A stretch of DNA of 57,959 nucleotides, the filler included, from Sphacelaria rigidula (lineage: Eukaryota): the NCBI GenBank assembly GCA_964200075.2. It is 7 parts of 7 records of this genome, joined end to end, with 100 filler letters (N's around TTAATTAATTAA, not from the genome) between each part and the next. Parts side by side here need not be neighbours in the genome. Positions count along the whole stretch, not along the records: positions 33,178 to 41,371 come from CAXNAA020011957.1; positions 41,472 to 49,665 come from CAXNAA020011958.1; 5 more parts are not named here. One strand, 5' to 3'. A model generated the notes under the pieces. That model had not been told where the DNA came from. It worked only from the letters and a program-made list of their open reading frames with translations, and did not search any database. Below, piece after piece: positions 36,801-49,765 of this stretch. Each line of letters opens with the position of its first letter. The stretch's first letter is position 1. A program made the translations under genes and the position numbers.

Positions 36801-38688
36801 CCTATAGGCTCGACCTGTTCACAATGATGTTGGCGTATCCACTGCTCACTGTAAAACGCACCGCCCAATGTTACATGACACAATAGGCCAAGGGTACGAC
36901 GATGGAAAAGGTTTCGGCAGATTTGAATGCATCTGGTCAACCATAAAGTGATACATATACACGTGGGGGAAAGGATGGGGGCTCGTACACCTCCGAAAAA
37001 TTGAGTTCTAGTCGCAACGCAGTATCGAGTCAGACGCCGTTGTTAGCCTTTCTGTGGCTGCGAATACATTCGCGATTTTCTTCAGCATTACACCCCCACC
37101 CGTCCTTTCTCTGTAGACACGAACAACGCGGGGTCGATCACGTAGGCTGTTGTAAGCCTTGCGCTCGGTCTTGCTCTCTACTTTTTTTTTTCTCGTAACA
37201 CATGGTGGAGAGGTCTCTTGAACGTCAACGACGTCGGACCACCGGTCAATATCCCCACACAGCAATATTCAGTACACTCGTTGAAAGCAATATGTTGGCC
37301 GATTTTGGTTCTAGTGTTTTCGTGTGTTCGTGGATCATGACGTGAGCTCTAGGCGAGAGAAGGGGGGTTCAGGGCCGGCCCCGATATCAGTTCGCTTGAC
37401 GCCCAGCGACAGCAATCGTTACCGAATTGAAGTATGCCTATGTTTGCAGAATTAACACCATGATGATTGATATTATTGCTGTCTAGAGGCTAGTTCCACT
37501 ATGCAAGTCATGGTTTGAGTGCAAGCTAGCGAATTGGAGTGTAATACTTGCTCCTAGTGTAGCGTTGCAAATTGTTTTAGTTTTTTCCCTGTTTCCGTCC
37601 GTCGCATCCCATCAGATCTCAAGCGCGCAATTAGTTTACTTTGTCCATAACAAGCACGAGAGCCTTGCGCTACCTTGCGGCCACGACAAGAGGTTTGCGG
37701 AATCGAAACGAGCTCCCCGAACCACTCGTGTACGCGATTTGTGGGGAGCTCGTCATCTCGTAGGTGTCCGAAATTGCTAATTGCACTAACAAAAGGGTGC
37801 GACTAGAGTAGAGATATCCCATAGTCTATCGCCCTTTCTGGAACGCCCACCTCCCTTACCTCAACGGCGCCCACGTTTTCTGGGCGACTAACGTGTGAAA
37901 TATGTTTCTTACTTGTGTGCGTGTGTGTGTGTACTGTATTTATACGATACTCTTTGGAGGCGCTGAAATGACATGGTAATACTCGTGTATACTCCGGAGT
38001 ATGTCATCATGTTTTTTTTTTTTCACGTGTCGGCCCTTGATCACCGGGAAGTGTCATCCGTTAAATCGGCATCTTGTTGACACGAAAAACGACTTATTAT
38101 GATTATATCCATCACATTAGCTCGATCTCTCGAACCCGTGGTCACAGAGTGTTAGATCCAGAAAATCCACCCTGGTGACCAAGGAGCTAAGTACATGGTG
38201 GCTGATAACATAAAGGGTTCCTCCGCCAAGAACTAGCTACTTGGGGACGTATCTCCATCACATTTTTTCGATCATTTTTCACTCAAAATCTGACCGCTTT
38301 CGCTGTAGGTAAGACTGATGCCGAGAGTCGGCAAGTTTCGACGCGAGCCTGAGATAATACGTGGCTTCTTTCTTCCTTTGCAACATTCCAGGTGGAGTAC
38401 GATGCTAGCGGTAACATCGAGAAGGTCGTGACTGTCGAGATGAGCGACGGTAAGGGAAGGTTCTTCGAGGCGGGAACGTACGACTGCGATGAGTGTTACG
38501 CGGATTTCGAGATGCTCATGTGCTTCGGAGGTAAAGGGTTCGACACCGTGACGCTGCTGAGGGACTCGGGACTTGCGCCCGCCGGTCAGGCCACCGAGTA
38601 TGTGGAATATATGTGGCACGCCATGTACTGGGCTTGTTACAACTACTGGCCGACCGAGGGTTGTGACAGCCAGTGCTCGGCAGCCTAA
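33863..38688 (+). CDS. Two-exon gene (33863-34153 and 38392-38688) for a ~195-aa predicted secreted protein with Cys-rich C-terminus, function unknown
   Basis: Signal-peptide-like MKIRAATAAAAWLGGVAMAGIMAVTEGA; donor AGA|gtgagt at 34154; acceptor cttctttcttcctttgcaacattccag|GTG at 38392; phase-0 join GEYR|VEYDASG; GC3-rich codons; TAA ends at 38688. Alternative in-frame ATG at 33836. Confidence 0.8.
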
Positions 38689-39360
38689 GAAATTGCTGAG
38701 CCATGCTGACTAATATTTTCCAGCTTGTAAAGCCTGCCGGAAATTCATCGATGAAGAGGGCGTCACTGAAGGTGTATCGTCATCAAGCAGATGGGGAGGG
38801 AGGGGGGGGGATGAAGTAAGTCGTGTACTGCACTCGTATGCCGTTGCACAGTTTCTTCAGTAGGTTTTGATGATTCCGCGTGTTAGCTCTCCGTGCACTT
38901 TGTTTTAGGTTTGTGTTTTCGTACATACTAGACAGTGTAGTGGCACGGGGCAACCAGCGCAGGGTGTATGAGTGCACTTGATAGGATGCGGCCCTGTACG
39001 AGTATTCTGATCAACCCCCCCTCGGTAGGCCCTACTTTTGTGTTGGATTGTGCTACTGTATGCCGCGGCGAGTGGCCCTCACTCGAGCACTCACTATTCA
39101 TCTCTCCGCGTATGCGTACAAGAACAGGGTCATGTACATTTTACAGTGTATCACCGACAGGCGATGCCAGGAAACCCTCCGCGTTCGATGAGACGGCCGA
39201 CGGGCGCCTTCGCACGCGTTTGCGTTATCTGATTGGTGTCCGCTACACGCAATGTCAGTGCAACTTTATCCTTGTGTCTTACTGTTTTGTGTAGAGGGAA
39301 AGGTGGAATAGGTGGGGCCAGAGATGGGGGTAGACCTGCTTCAAATAGTCCATGTACAGT

Positions 39361-40350
39361 GCTGCGCTCCGGTGGTCTAATGGTAGATTTTATACAATTG
39401 GGATAGAAGGAACGCGGGTTCGGCTCCCGCCCAAAGCGTTTTGGTGTTATATTCAAAGTACAGTATTTGATTCCCGTTGTCACAAGCATGAGGACTTGAG
39501 TAGGAAAAAAAGTTTGTTTGACTAAGTTTACTCGGCGAGAATCGATGCTGTGCGGGAGTTGCGGCCGAAACAAGCATTTACCCCGGGACCCCGGTGGGAA
39601 TCTCAGAAGCAGGTACCAATCGGCTCCCCGTCGCGCGCGCATTCGTGCGAGCGGGTCGCGAAAACACTTTTTTTTTTGCCCCGTACTTGGCTAACCCTAG
39701 CCGGACGTAACCCTAACCTTCACCCTGACCCCGAATTTTCTCCGCGCCGTCGGGTGCCGCGTGGCCCCGGGGGTCGAACGACGTCGAAACGGCCATTCGA
39801 AAGTCACTCGGTCTCAGTGTAGGGCCCCGAGACGCGCGCGCGAGCCAACCGGCCGCCGAAAATCTCGAAATAATTGATCTAGATCGATCAAATCTGATCT
39901 CAATGTGATCTGAACTGGTTCAGATCACCACACTTCTTCTGAGTATAGGGTATTCGTTCACTTGATCTAAGAGTACCACATTAAATTCGAGACAAACACG
40001 CAGACCACCGAAAGGTGATCTAGACCGAGAAGATCTTATCTGGATTTGATCTAGATCACTTCACTAGATCTAAGTACGGGATTTATGATCACTTGGCTAC
40101 AGTGTACCCGCCTACATTCAAAAGAAAAGCGCGCGCGACCTGATCTGGAACCCTCGGATCGCCAATAAAGTGATCTAAATCGCACAGATCTCCGATGAGT
40201 GAACTAGATCACTTCAGATCACGTTACTTGATTTCATTACAGACTGGTCCAGTCCGCGAGACTAGAATGCGAGGCGTGTACCGCGGGAGAGGTGGGTTGA
40301 CTCCTTGAGACCACCGACTCGTCCCGAGGGAGGACGGGTTGAGCTTAAAA
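39361..40350 (+). mobile_element. SINE family A copy interrupted by a ~660-bp insertion (~39578-40240)
   Basis: Head gcgctccggTGGTCTAATGGt...gGGTTCGGCTCCc, body through gtgcgggagttgc, resuming at ccagtccgcgagac...ggcgtgtacc...gagaccaccgactcgtcccgagg. Confidence 0.75.
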
Positions 40351-41371
40351 AAATGACTAAGATATGAAATAAAAATGACTGATTCGAGAACACATCATCC
40401 CTCGAAAATTTATGAAGCGATGCTGAATGCATGCAAGTATTCCAAACATTCGATTCAGATGCCGTGCTCCCGAGCCGTTTCACAATCACCATTCGGCGGG
40501 CAATGATGGCAACACACATCAAAGTCACACTACTCGGTAGATTTGTTTTCTCCGCGAAAAACAATTTTAAGAAGTAAATTTCCAGTCAATTTGACAGCTT
40601 GGGAGACCGGTGGTCGTTTCTTACTGTTACAAGCTGGGCCAGCCTGAAACAATTCATGTTTCCCGAATTATCCTCGCGTAAGTGCATCGCAGATGAATAA
40701 CTCGCTGGTGAACGCTCTGTCGCTGAACAAAATGTATGTACTACAAAGGGGACACAACATGGATTGAAAAATAATTTAATAACTCGGCAATTTTCGCAGT
40801 CAGACCAGCAGCCGACGCAAATATTTCGCGAGACAACGAATGAGCAGACAGACCAGCGATCCTTCGCAGAAGAGGAGCGTACGTATTTTTTCTTGTCGAC
40901 CCCGGTGATATCCGTTATCGTCCGCGATCGAGCTACCTGTGTAGTTGGTGAGGACGGTTTTTCCATCAAAGGGATCTCAAGGTACAGGGTTATGGATACC
41001 TTCTAGCAGAGGTCGACTGGGTCTTACTTCCGGCTTCCTGCGTGCTACCAGCCTGCGGCGCTGAGGCGCTGAGGACGCCAACGAGGTCGCATCCGATCTC
41101 AAGCTTTCAGCTTGAAACAGCGGATCATCTATGTTGAGGATGGTGCTTTTTGTTGAGGATGAACGACACGTGAAATTGTATCCTGGAGGTGCAAAAGTAT
41201 TTTCCCTCGGAAATGATTTTGTAGTTGAAGGGAGCACCACGGCGATATATTTTTCCGGTGTGCCGTCGAGAACGATGCCCGGTGTGTCGTCGAGGATGAT
41301 GCCGTGACGAGCACCCATCTGTGTGCGTGAATTGCGAGCAACAGCAACAATAACGATGATGAGCGCAGATG

Positions 41372-41471
41372 NNNNNNNNNNNNNNNNNNNNNNNNNNNNN
41401 NNNNNNNNNNNNNNNTTAATTAATTAANNNNNNNNNNNNNNNNNNNNNNNNNNNNNNNNNNNNNNNNNNNN
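41372..41471. other. Artificial 100-bp contig spacer
   Basis: N run with central TTAATTAATTAA. Confidence 0.98.
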
Positions 41472-41668
41472 AACTTGTTCGCCTAACATACCCCAAAATA
41501 CCAAGCGCAACACGCCAATGAAGGTGTTTTGGTGAGGCACAGTACCTCGCTACTGCACGTACTGCGTTAGATATGTCTGGCCTCGTTTGAGTTGCCAGCC
41601 ACATCAGTGACCCTATCAATTCTCGAAATGGAAATTCCGTTGCCTGCTCTTCTACACTGAACTCTTCA
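41472..41668 (-). mobile_element. Ty1/copia reverse transcriptase fragment
   Basis: FPFRELIGSLMWLATQTRPDISNAVRAVARYCASPKHLHWRVALGILGYVRRTS carries the copia GSL.....TRPDI signature. Bounded by the contig edge and a repeat starting near 41669. Confidence 0.92.
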
Positions 41669-42030
41669 TGTCATCCGCATGCAAGATATCAGTACGCTTC
41701 GAGCCGAACAATCTTAGCAGGATGCAGCTCACCCCCCCATGCGACTCGCCGAACACACCACGGCGCTTCGCGCTTGGAGATTGCGAGCCTAGTCTGGCGA
41801 AAACCCGGCGTGCTCCTTCCCGGCTTCGTAGGGATGCGAGATCAATGGTCTTACGACTTCATCATGCAAGGCCATGCGTACACCCAAAACTCCCATCATC
41901 ATTAATACACTCCGCTCTCCCCCACCGTGACGCTTTATAGGGATGCAAGGTTAATGGTCCTATGGGCACAGAATGCAATATCATGAGTACACCCCCCCCC
42001 CCACGCCGTGACGCAATTGAGACGAAATAT
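41669..42030. repeat. Copy of the dispersed repeat family seen at 9413-10866
   Basis: gtcatccgcatgcaagat...acaatcttagcag...cgactcgccgaacac...ggcgaaaacccgg...gtagggatgcgag...tcatgagtacacccc. Confidence 0.8.
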
Positions 42031-45000
42031 CCATGCATCACCGTCACAGCCTCATATGCGGGAAACGACCAAAAACGGTACCCTCTCGACCGCGGGTCTG
42101 GATACACATCCGTTGCATTCTATGGTTGATTTGTGCCAACTGTAACTCAGGTGCGTTCGTTTGTGGCTTAACGCGGTGCAACACAGGTACCAAGTGAAGA
42201 TTCTTCCAGGGGGAGGACGTTCGCTGCTGATATGGGCGCTACTGCTCGAGGAGACAAGGGCACCCCACCTCACGGCTGCCCCCGAAACGCATTTTAGCGT
42301 CGGCCAGTTACCTCCGGTGTTTCAGGAGGTTGAACGTGCTCCCGTCGGTGCCACAAAAGCCAGCACATATTTCGAGGCCTGTAACGTTCTCGAGAACGCT
42401 CAAGTTGCGATGGGGCTAACAACTCTCCATTTTACATCTGTGGGGATCCAGCTAAAAGGCGGACCATTTATCCCGTCGCGATAATTCGCTGCGGCTTCTG
42501 TGACGAACGGGGTTGGTCACTGTGACTCCCGATATCGAAATCCAAAATTGACGTAATTGAAGCTGCGTGTGGGGGTACCGACGACCAAATATTCCAAGGA
42601 TCGGACAAATAATGATTCGTCTGGAAATTACTTGGTTTTCGTATAATTGGTTCGAATCGTACGATTCAATCCCCAGGCGTTGTTTTCAGCGTTGCAACCC
42701 AGGCACACGCAGTCCAGACACGTGGAATGGCGCAAACGTTGCGTGGATACGCCTTGGACCAGCGGTCAACTTTTTTCTCTCTTTTGGGCATTCAGGCCGA
42801 AGAAATCGTGGATTTGGTGAATGGTAGTCGTGATGATTCGTCCTAACCGTGAACTATTCCACGTGTTGGACAGCTCATGAGCTACATAAGTGCTACTCCT
42901 TATTGGAGTACCGCAAAGGCAGCACTTTGACTTCTCTGACCTCACCATCACGTATTCTGTGTTTTTGGACAAGGGATCTGAGAGTCCTCTTCGATTAGTT
43001 ATTTCAGGCAGCTCATCATGAGCTGTCCGATGTGTGAACTGTCGCTTCACCATGAAGAATGGGGGATGACAATATCTGTTCGTGTTAATAGGTTCTCCAC
43101 AAAGCGTGGGCAAGGTCTCCTTCTCTACCTTCAACCTTTTTCGTGCGTGCGTGGAGCACACGGGTAACGCGATCGCACGCGTGTGGCTCAGGTGCGCGAC
43201 TGTAGTGGAGGGAAAACACCGTGAACGATGTGTTTATTTTAGATTGATCATATCTGTTAAAGCCATGAAATCGTGTGTGTACAAGCGATTTTTGTGTCTT
43301 CAAGTTGGAGCTGTGCGTGACCGACCACGTGGACCATACAAGTCCATATATAGAGGACAGGCAGCTGCGGCAGAGAATAGTCTTCAAGCCCACGTCAGAT
43401 CGAGATACCTCGCTTGCTCTCTGCCGAACGAGCTGGTAAAGTGTGACATGTGCAATATTGACTTCGAGGTGGATGTACGCCAAATTGCGTCTAATGCAAA
43501 AACGCGACGCAGAAACATGCTTGAAAATAGCATTTATGGTGCACCGAATCTGGGGCCCAAATCGGGGAAGATGCGGGAGTCTCCCGATCTGAGCAGAAAG
43601 GTGATAAACCAAAAGTCAGCGCCCAGACAATCATAGAATTGATCTGGTTTCCTCAGAGCTGGGCGAAAAACATTGCCCAACGGACTGAGGTCCGAAAAGT
43701 CAATCCACGGGAGAGATAAATCGGATTTAAACGGGCTGAAATCCTCATATTTGTACAAATACGGATTGGTTGCCATACGAAGTGGTCTTACAACTCTGTA
43801 CAAATAAGAGACAGTAACGACATGGACTGGGAATAAGAAATGGCAAAAAATATGAATAGATGCAATTTTCATGGCCAGACATGGGAAATGGTGAAAATAA
43901 GGAATACCGCTCATATCGGCTGCCACAGTAAGGTTTTGAGCCTCGCTCAAAACAGCTGTTTCTTGTGAGCGGGTCCGCACTTTCGCTGTACAAATTGCTC
44001 ATCAGGACATCACGGGTCGTAGTTTGCACACAGCCCATGGCAACTGCCATCCAATTAGGCGAGGGTTCTTCAGGATATGCTATTCGATTGAGCGCGCGTT
44101 CTGTGGCGAACGTCAAACAAGAGAAATAAATTCATCACACCATCCAACTGCACATGAATTTTGATTCTCAGACGTTCGAGACACACCACGCAGCAAATAG
44201 AGGGTATCGTACTGGACACCACGCCGCACAGACCGACGCACAAAAAAATAACAGAATGACAGGTCAACCACGCTTGTTCGGTGCCGTGTGTATACTCAGG
44301 TGAAATAACGTGACATGTTGGCGACAATGACGTGCACCGGTTCCACGGAACATACTTGCAGTAGCTCATCAGAGCTGTTCCCAGGTAGGTGGCGCTGCTT
44401 TACGGCGCTACAGCCAGTACATCGTACTCTCAGGACGATAGGGTACAGTACTGCACAGTAAAACCGTCTGCATGCGAGACTGCCAGCGGTCCGGATCTCT
44501 GAAGCACGCGGCCGTCCCGACAATCGTGGTATCTGTACAGACAGCGGGAGGGATCCCCACTGAAAAAACTCTTCTGGACAAAGAAGTCAAGTTTGATTGA
44601 ATCGGTCGCTGATTCCTTTCGCCAGTTGCACAAGAGCCATCGGGGGGAAAAGTCGCGCTGCGAGTAAAACAGTAGAACATCCCCCACCCCATCCTTCTCT
44701 CGCTGAACGTCGACTACAGAACAAGGTACGTGGCCGCGCTGTGCTGCCCTGTGTGCACAGCCAGTGCACAGCACAGAGCAGCTCACCGTTGCGCAACGTG
44801 AAACTTGGAAATTGCAACGACCAGTTAGTTGTTCGAACGTCACGGTCCGTACACCTCAGACCTACGTGGAGTACCGCGGTTGACACAGCGGTGCTACGAC
44901 AGGATACTCTTGGTAGCGGGGAAAGTTGACACCAGTTGGTTGAACCTGGTTCAACCTCGACTTTTTCGACGAATTGCGACAGCTCCCCTGCTGCTCACGG

Positions 45001-45520
45001 CACCAACTACCGTACTTGTAGTAGGCTCCTTGAGCTGGGACGATTGTCGCCGTGTTGGAAAGGAAAGATGATGTGGAGATCTTCCGGCTGAGAGTGGATC
45101 TCAGGGCATTGTGCATCGATCTTGTGAAAAAGAAAAGGGGTCATAGACCGTTCGACGAGGGGGGTACGGAATGCTCCAACATTTACGTACTGAACTGTGT
45201 TATGTTATAAAACGTTGTTGACCTTTGACCTTCGACCACACAGGATGGTCCATCTGTTGGATCGAAATAATTTCCACTTGAAAAAAGGATACGTACCTGA
45301 CAACCTACACCGGCGGGGAGGGGGTTGTATCGTCTCCTGTACACGCATACGGCACAACTCTCTACCCCGCCCCCTAGCAAAAAGGAGGACAAGTAGTCCT
45401 TCCTAATATATCACGGCATACGACAGATAACGAGAGCCTTGAAACTACCCGCATACACCAACAGAGAGGCAGAGAGGTCATGATACCGGATAACTCGGTC
45501 CTCCCCTCCTCCCGTGATAC

Positions 45521-45901
45521 CTGCAGAAACAGCTCCGCATCCAGCGAAGATATGGCCATGTAGAAATCCCCGATCACGTTGAGCACTGTAGCTGCTACAG
45601 CTTCGTACGCCCCCGCGCTCACGGCCAACAGCAAAGGAAATAGCCACCGCTTGTCCGTGAACAGACCTCTGACGAAGAAAACTCTGAGTAGCATAATCAA
45701 GTTGTGCGCACCTCCGGCTTTTGTAGCTGGAGGTCGAGGACGAGGAGGTGGCGGCGGCGGCCACAGTAGCCCGGACTGGGGTTGCCGATGACCGCTCTTG
45801 CCATGAGCGTTGGGATCAACATCATCGTCGGCATGTACTCGGGAGTAGTATTGGTCGACTTGCGGGGCAAGCAACCTATTTGTCTCATCCACAGGACTCA
45901 T
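45521..45901 (-). CDS. First coding exon of a probable ABC transporter subfamily D (ABCD4-like) gene; later exons not identified
   Basis: acaacaccATG start, 127 codons ending CTG CAG|gtatc. WLFPLLLAVSAGAYEAVAATVLNVIGDFYMAISSLDAELFLQ resembles ABCD TM1 followed by the FY.A....D...F segment. Confidence 0.65.
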
Positions 45902-46944
45902 GGTGTTGTAGAAGGTGATGATGTCGTGTTTGCTGCCCTGCTCAGCATCTGCGTGCACAGGACGCACACACACAGACACCACAGCAGTCTGTTCGTCGAG
46001 TTTTAAATTTGAAATCTGAGCCATTTTCCAAAATGGAACGATGCTGGGCGACCCCTGATTGGTCAAGGTAAAAAGATGCCCGAACACTGGATTTTTGTTT
46101 TTTCACCTCTCGAGTCACCGATCGAGTGTTTGATGTGCAAGAATAGCGTCCTCGTGAGAGATTAATTTCGGACATCACTCGAATCGGGGAGCCAGTTGTG
46201 CTCACGCTCCCGAGTCAGAGGTGTAGCCTGTTGTGAAATGTAGCAGTGAGAGTCAAAGGTACTGTTGCTGAGCCTAGTTTGTTGGACAGAGCTGGCGCCG
46301 GGCCGGCCTGCCAATTTGTTACACGAGGTGCATAGCAATGAAGTTAATGGCCACTGTTGGTTCCGCCCGCTGCGGGCTACGTAAATATTATTTCTTTCAT
46401 CTCTATTGTTACTTAGCGGGGTTTTTTCACCATCCATGATCTCCTCTTTCTTGTCTCGTACGAACAGCTCTGATAAGGAGTGTGAGTGTGCTGTGTGTCG
46501 CAATAACACAAGGGGTCTCACGGTGCAGCACTTGTGTGCCTTCCCATGAAGTGTCTGACACTTCTTCGTTAGTCAGTTGTATGTGTTGTGACATCAGCGA
46601 ACTAGGTTTGTTTGTCGTTGAGCTTTCTATAAATGACCTACAGGAGGAGTCTTGCTCAGACCGTCCAGCGAGGCAGCGAGGCGGGGGTGACAGCATCATC
46701 TAGTACAGCTGCGTACCACCGCTCATTTGCGTGCCAGGGGCGTTTGATAACTTTGATTCGTATTATTTTCGTAAGATAAAAGCCGCGTTTGCTTGGGTTG
46801 GAGCGTTGGCTGCGTATGTATAACAGCTGGCGTCTGCTGTCCATGACAACAGTTTCTCATTTCACCGCACGCAGTAGTGCCATGCTTCCTATTTACTTGT
46901 GGCCAAGATTAGCCTATTTCCATCGTTTCTTTTTGTGCTGCTCC

Positions 46945-48700
46945 GCTATCCAAAAGTGCCTCCATAACGTCGTGATCATAGTGTGGCGTAATGAAGTAGT
47001 ACCCCAGGAATGGAAATACACCGTCATCAAGCTATTATTCAAGAAACAGGACCCGCACAAATGTGCCAACTACCGCGGTATTTCGCTACAACAGGGTCCC
47101 ACGCGGGTAAGGTAATTCTCCAGATGATTGCGACTGCTCAGGAAGCGAACACGTTAATCATTGAACTAGTGAGTGTTTACTGCATGATTCATTCAATGGG
47201 TAAACTGTTCGCTTCCTGAACAAAATATATGCAGTGTGGTCCGTCCCGGCATGACACATCAGTGATCCCCCGTTGAACCAGTGAGCGCTCACTAGTTCAA
47301 TGGGTAAGCTGCTCGCTCCCTGAGCAGCGACTCGCCTTAGCCCCTATTGCGATTGGAAGGGAATCCTCCCGGAAGCCGAATGCAGTTTCGGACCCGGCCG
47401 GTCGACAATCGACATGATGTGTACAGGTTGTGCGCAAGATCCAAGCGCTGGTCAGAGAGAAGAATCTTCCACTAATGTACAACACGTGCTTCATTGACTT
47501 CCAAGGAAGGGCGGCGTCCGACTCAGTCGACCCCTCTCTTCTCTTGAAGGTGCCATTATAGCACGTTACGGTATATCCCAGCCAAGATTATATCCATTAT
47601 CCGCCAGTTCCACGACGGTATGCGGGCATGTGTACATCTCGACAGCGGCGAGACATATGAGTGGTTTAACGTTAACCAGGGCCTCCGCCAAGGCTGTGTG
47701 CTTTCTCACGATTTGTCCATCATTTTCTTCGCGGCGGTGCCGATGATGACGTTCGACCGCCTAGGTGGATCAATAGAGCGGTGGCGAAGGACTTCATCCG
47801 TACCACTAGAACAGGCGGGAAGACCAGGGACGAACTTAGCGAAGTGCTTTGGGTCATGATTCACGCCCACGATGCTGGCATGGTCTCGCGATCTCAACTA
47901 AGCCTGGTAAAGATGATGACGGCCGTCTTCAAGTCTGTGCGGCATTCGGTCTCGTCGTGATGGAAAATACGACGGTTACCATGTGCATGTACTCCCCGAA
48001 CATGAAGGCCAATATAGTCGAGGTGGAGGCCCCGGGCCAAAGGTACATGCAAGTTGAGTCTTTCACCTATCTCGGCGGCAAAGTAGTGATTCGAATAAGC
48101 GATGCCATTCCTGATATCAACGGCTGCATTGGCCAGGCCTGGACTTGTTTCTCCAAGCACAGCAGAGCGGTATACGACCACCCGTACGTCGCCCTGGCCA
48201 CGAAGGTTCGCCTCCTGAGGGCTGAAGTCATCGAGGTAATGCTATTTGGCTGAGTGACCGCGGGATGATCACGCACGACAGTTTTGCGGCGTTACGGGAT
48301 ACCCACCGGGGATTCCTGCTGAGTTGCCTCAACAAGCATACCTCAAGGCGCAGCGCTCCCAACTGCCACATGCCGCCATACCACGAGATCCCCCAAAGAG
48401 CTGGCTCGGAGTGCATCGAGGCTACCGCGATGGGGTGAATCTTCCTATTAATACACGCCGGCGCATGAACCACGGATGCCTCCCCACCATCGCCATGCGT
48501 GGAGTAATGGTCGGAGGGAAGAGGGAGACAGACCGACCAGCAGGACGTCCGCAACACAGTGTCACGGAATACCCCTCCGACTTCGGAATAAACGCGACAT
48601 CGTGGACGCAGGTTGCCTACGACGTTTCCGAGTGATACCGAGTCGTAGAGGAAGGGGCTAAGATATACCTGACAACCTAGATCGAAGCACGCCATGCTAA
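46945..48700 (+). mobile_element. Degenerate RTE-clade LINE reverse transcriptase remnant
   Basis: VPQEWKYTVIKLLFKK...NYRGISL; HAGKV; GILPE...[18 protein letters not shown]...VNQGLRQGCVLS; CAAFGL...ESFTYLGG, with many frameshifts. Confidence 0.92.
47135..47326. mobile_element. 192-bp MITE with TG..CA ends and 5-bp TSD GCGAC, inserted in the LINE
   Basis: TIRs tgctcaggaagcgaac..cattgaactagtgag / ctcactagttcaatg..gctcgctccctgagca; GCGAC at 47130-47134 and 47327-47331. Removal restores QMIATRLS. Confidence 0.88.
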
Positions 48701-48915
48701 GGAACAATTTGCTGTGTCACCGCTCGAGATCCCTCCGTGCCTATCGAGAACGATGGAAACATGACGCGTAGATAGTCACGTACTGCATTCGCTTGCGCAC
48801 CTACCGTCTTCCGAACGCTATGGTACTTGTCTATAAGGGTGCCTGGGCTCGTTGACCCTCGCTTGATAGCCATTCCCATCCCTCTTGTCTTTCCTCCCCT
48901 TTTCTCATGTATACT

Positions 48916-48951
48916 CAGGGGTCTGCCGGGAGAAAAGAATCGGACAAGAAG

Positions 48952-48990
<39 letters not shown>

Positions 48991-49600
48991 ACTCACCCCA
49001 CATCTCCCTATTTTTTTTTTTTTTTTTATTTTATTTNNNNNNNNNNGGTGGGGGGGAAGAAAAAAAACAAAAAAAAACACCCCCCCCCCCCCCCCCCCCC
49101 TCCTCCCGGAGGACAGTTTTTATAAATAGTCATGATTTTTTTAGATTTTTTTCTGTCATTTCTCGTGATTTATTATTTTGAAACTGCTGAAAGGAATTGA
49201 TCAACAAACACTGACAAGAACCGAAACGTCTGGGGGGCTTTGCGAGGTTCGTATATTTGCTTCTACTCCTTGCCCGCCCTGTCCCGATGACCTCGGATGC
49301 CGGCAATGCTCTTACACATCTATGTACAATACACGAGCGCACGGTAGCGACAGCCTGTAGCCAAAGTAGCAACATTATCTCACGCCTCGCCAAATTTGCC
49401 CCCACTACTAGTGGTAGGTAGTCGAGGCACACGACACGAAACATTATCCCATAAACAAAATAATGGAAGGTAATGAGCTTGAGGGGCGGTGTGTCCGTCA
49501 GCGGTCTCCATGCCAAGGATCTCAGTATACAGCAGCTGACCGTATCCTCCAATGCCTCGGCAATAAACTAGGGGGAAGAAGCCTGGTTGTCCCCCCCCCC
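48916..49600. mobile_element. End of hAT-like non-autonomous element (same family as 33243-33775)
   Basis: Starts caggggtctg; reverse-complement match to 33243-33775; contains poly-C tracts and a 10-N gap. Confidence 0.75.
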
Positions 49601-49665
49601 CAACCCTCTCCTGGTGACGCACCCATGAGGCAGTGTATGAGCCGTGGCTGTCTCTGGAAGTGGCG

Positions 49666-49765
49666 NNNNNNNNNNNNNNNNNNNNNNNNNNNNNNNNNNN
49701 NNNNNNNNNTTAATTAATTAANNNNNNNNNNNNNNNNNNNNNNNNNNNNNNNNNNNNNNNNNNNN
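49666..49765. other. Artificial 100-bp contig spacer
   Basis: N run with central TTAATTAATTAA. Confidence 0.98.

Noticed and set aside
42190..42440. C5 DNA methyltransferase motif VI-like VLENVTGL on the minus strand
   Set aside because: No FxGxG, PC or QxRxR motif is found in order and the frame has stops; an HMM search with the DNA_methylase profile would be needed to revive it.
33243..49600. 16-kb transposon bounded by the inverted copies at 33243-33775 and 48916-49600
   Set aside because: The copies are on different contigs across an artificial spacer, and their termini face inward, the wrong way round for the TIRs of one element.
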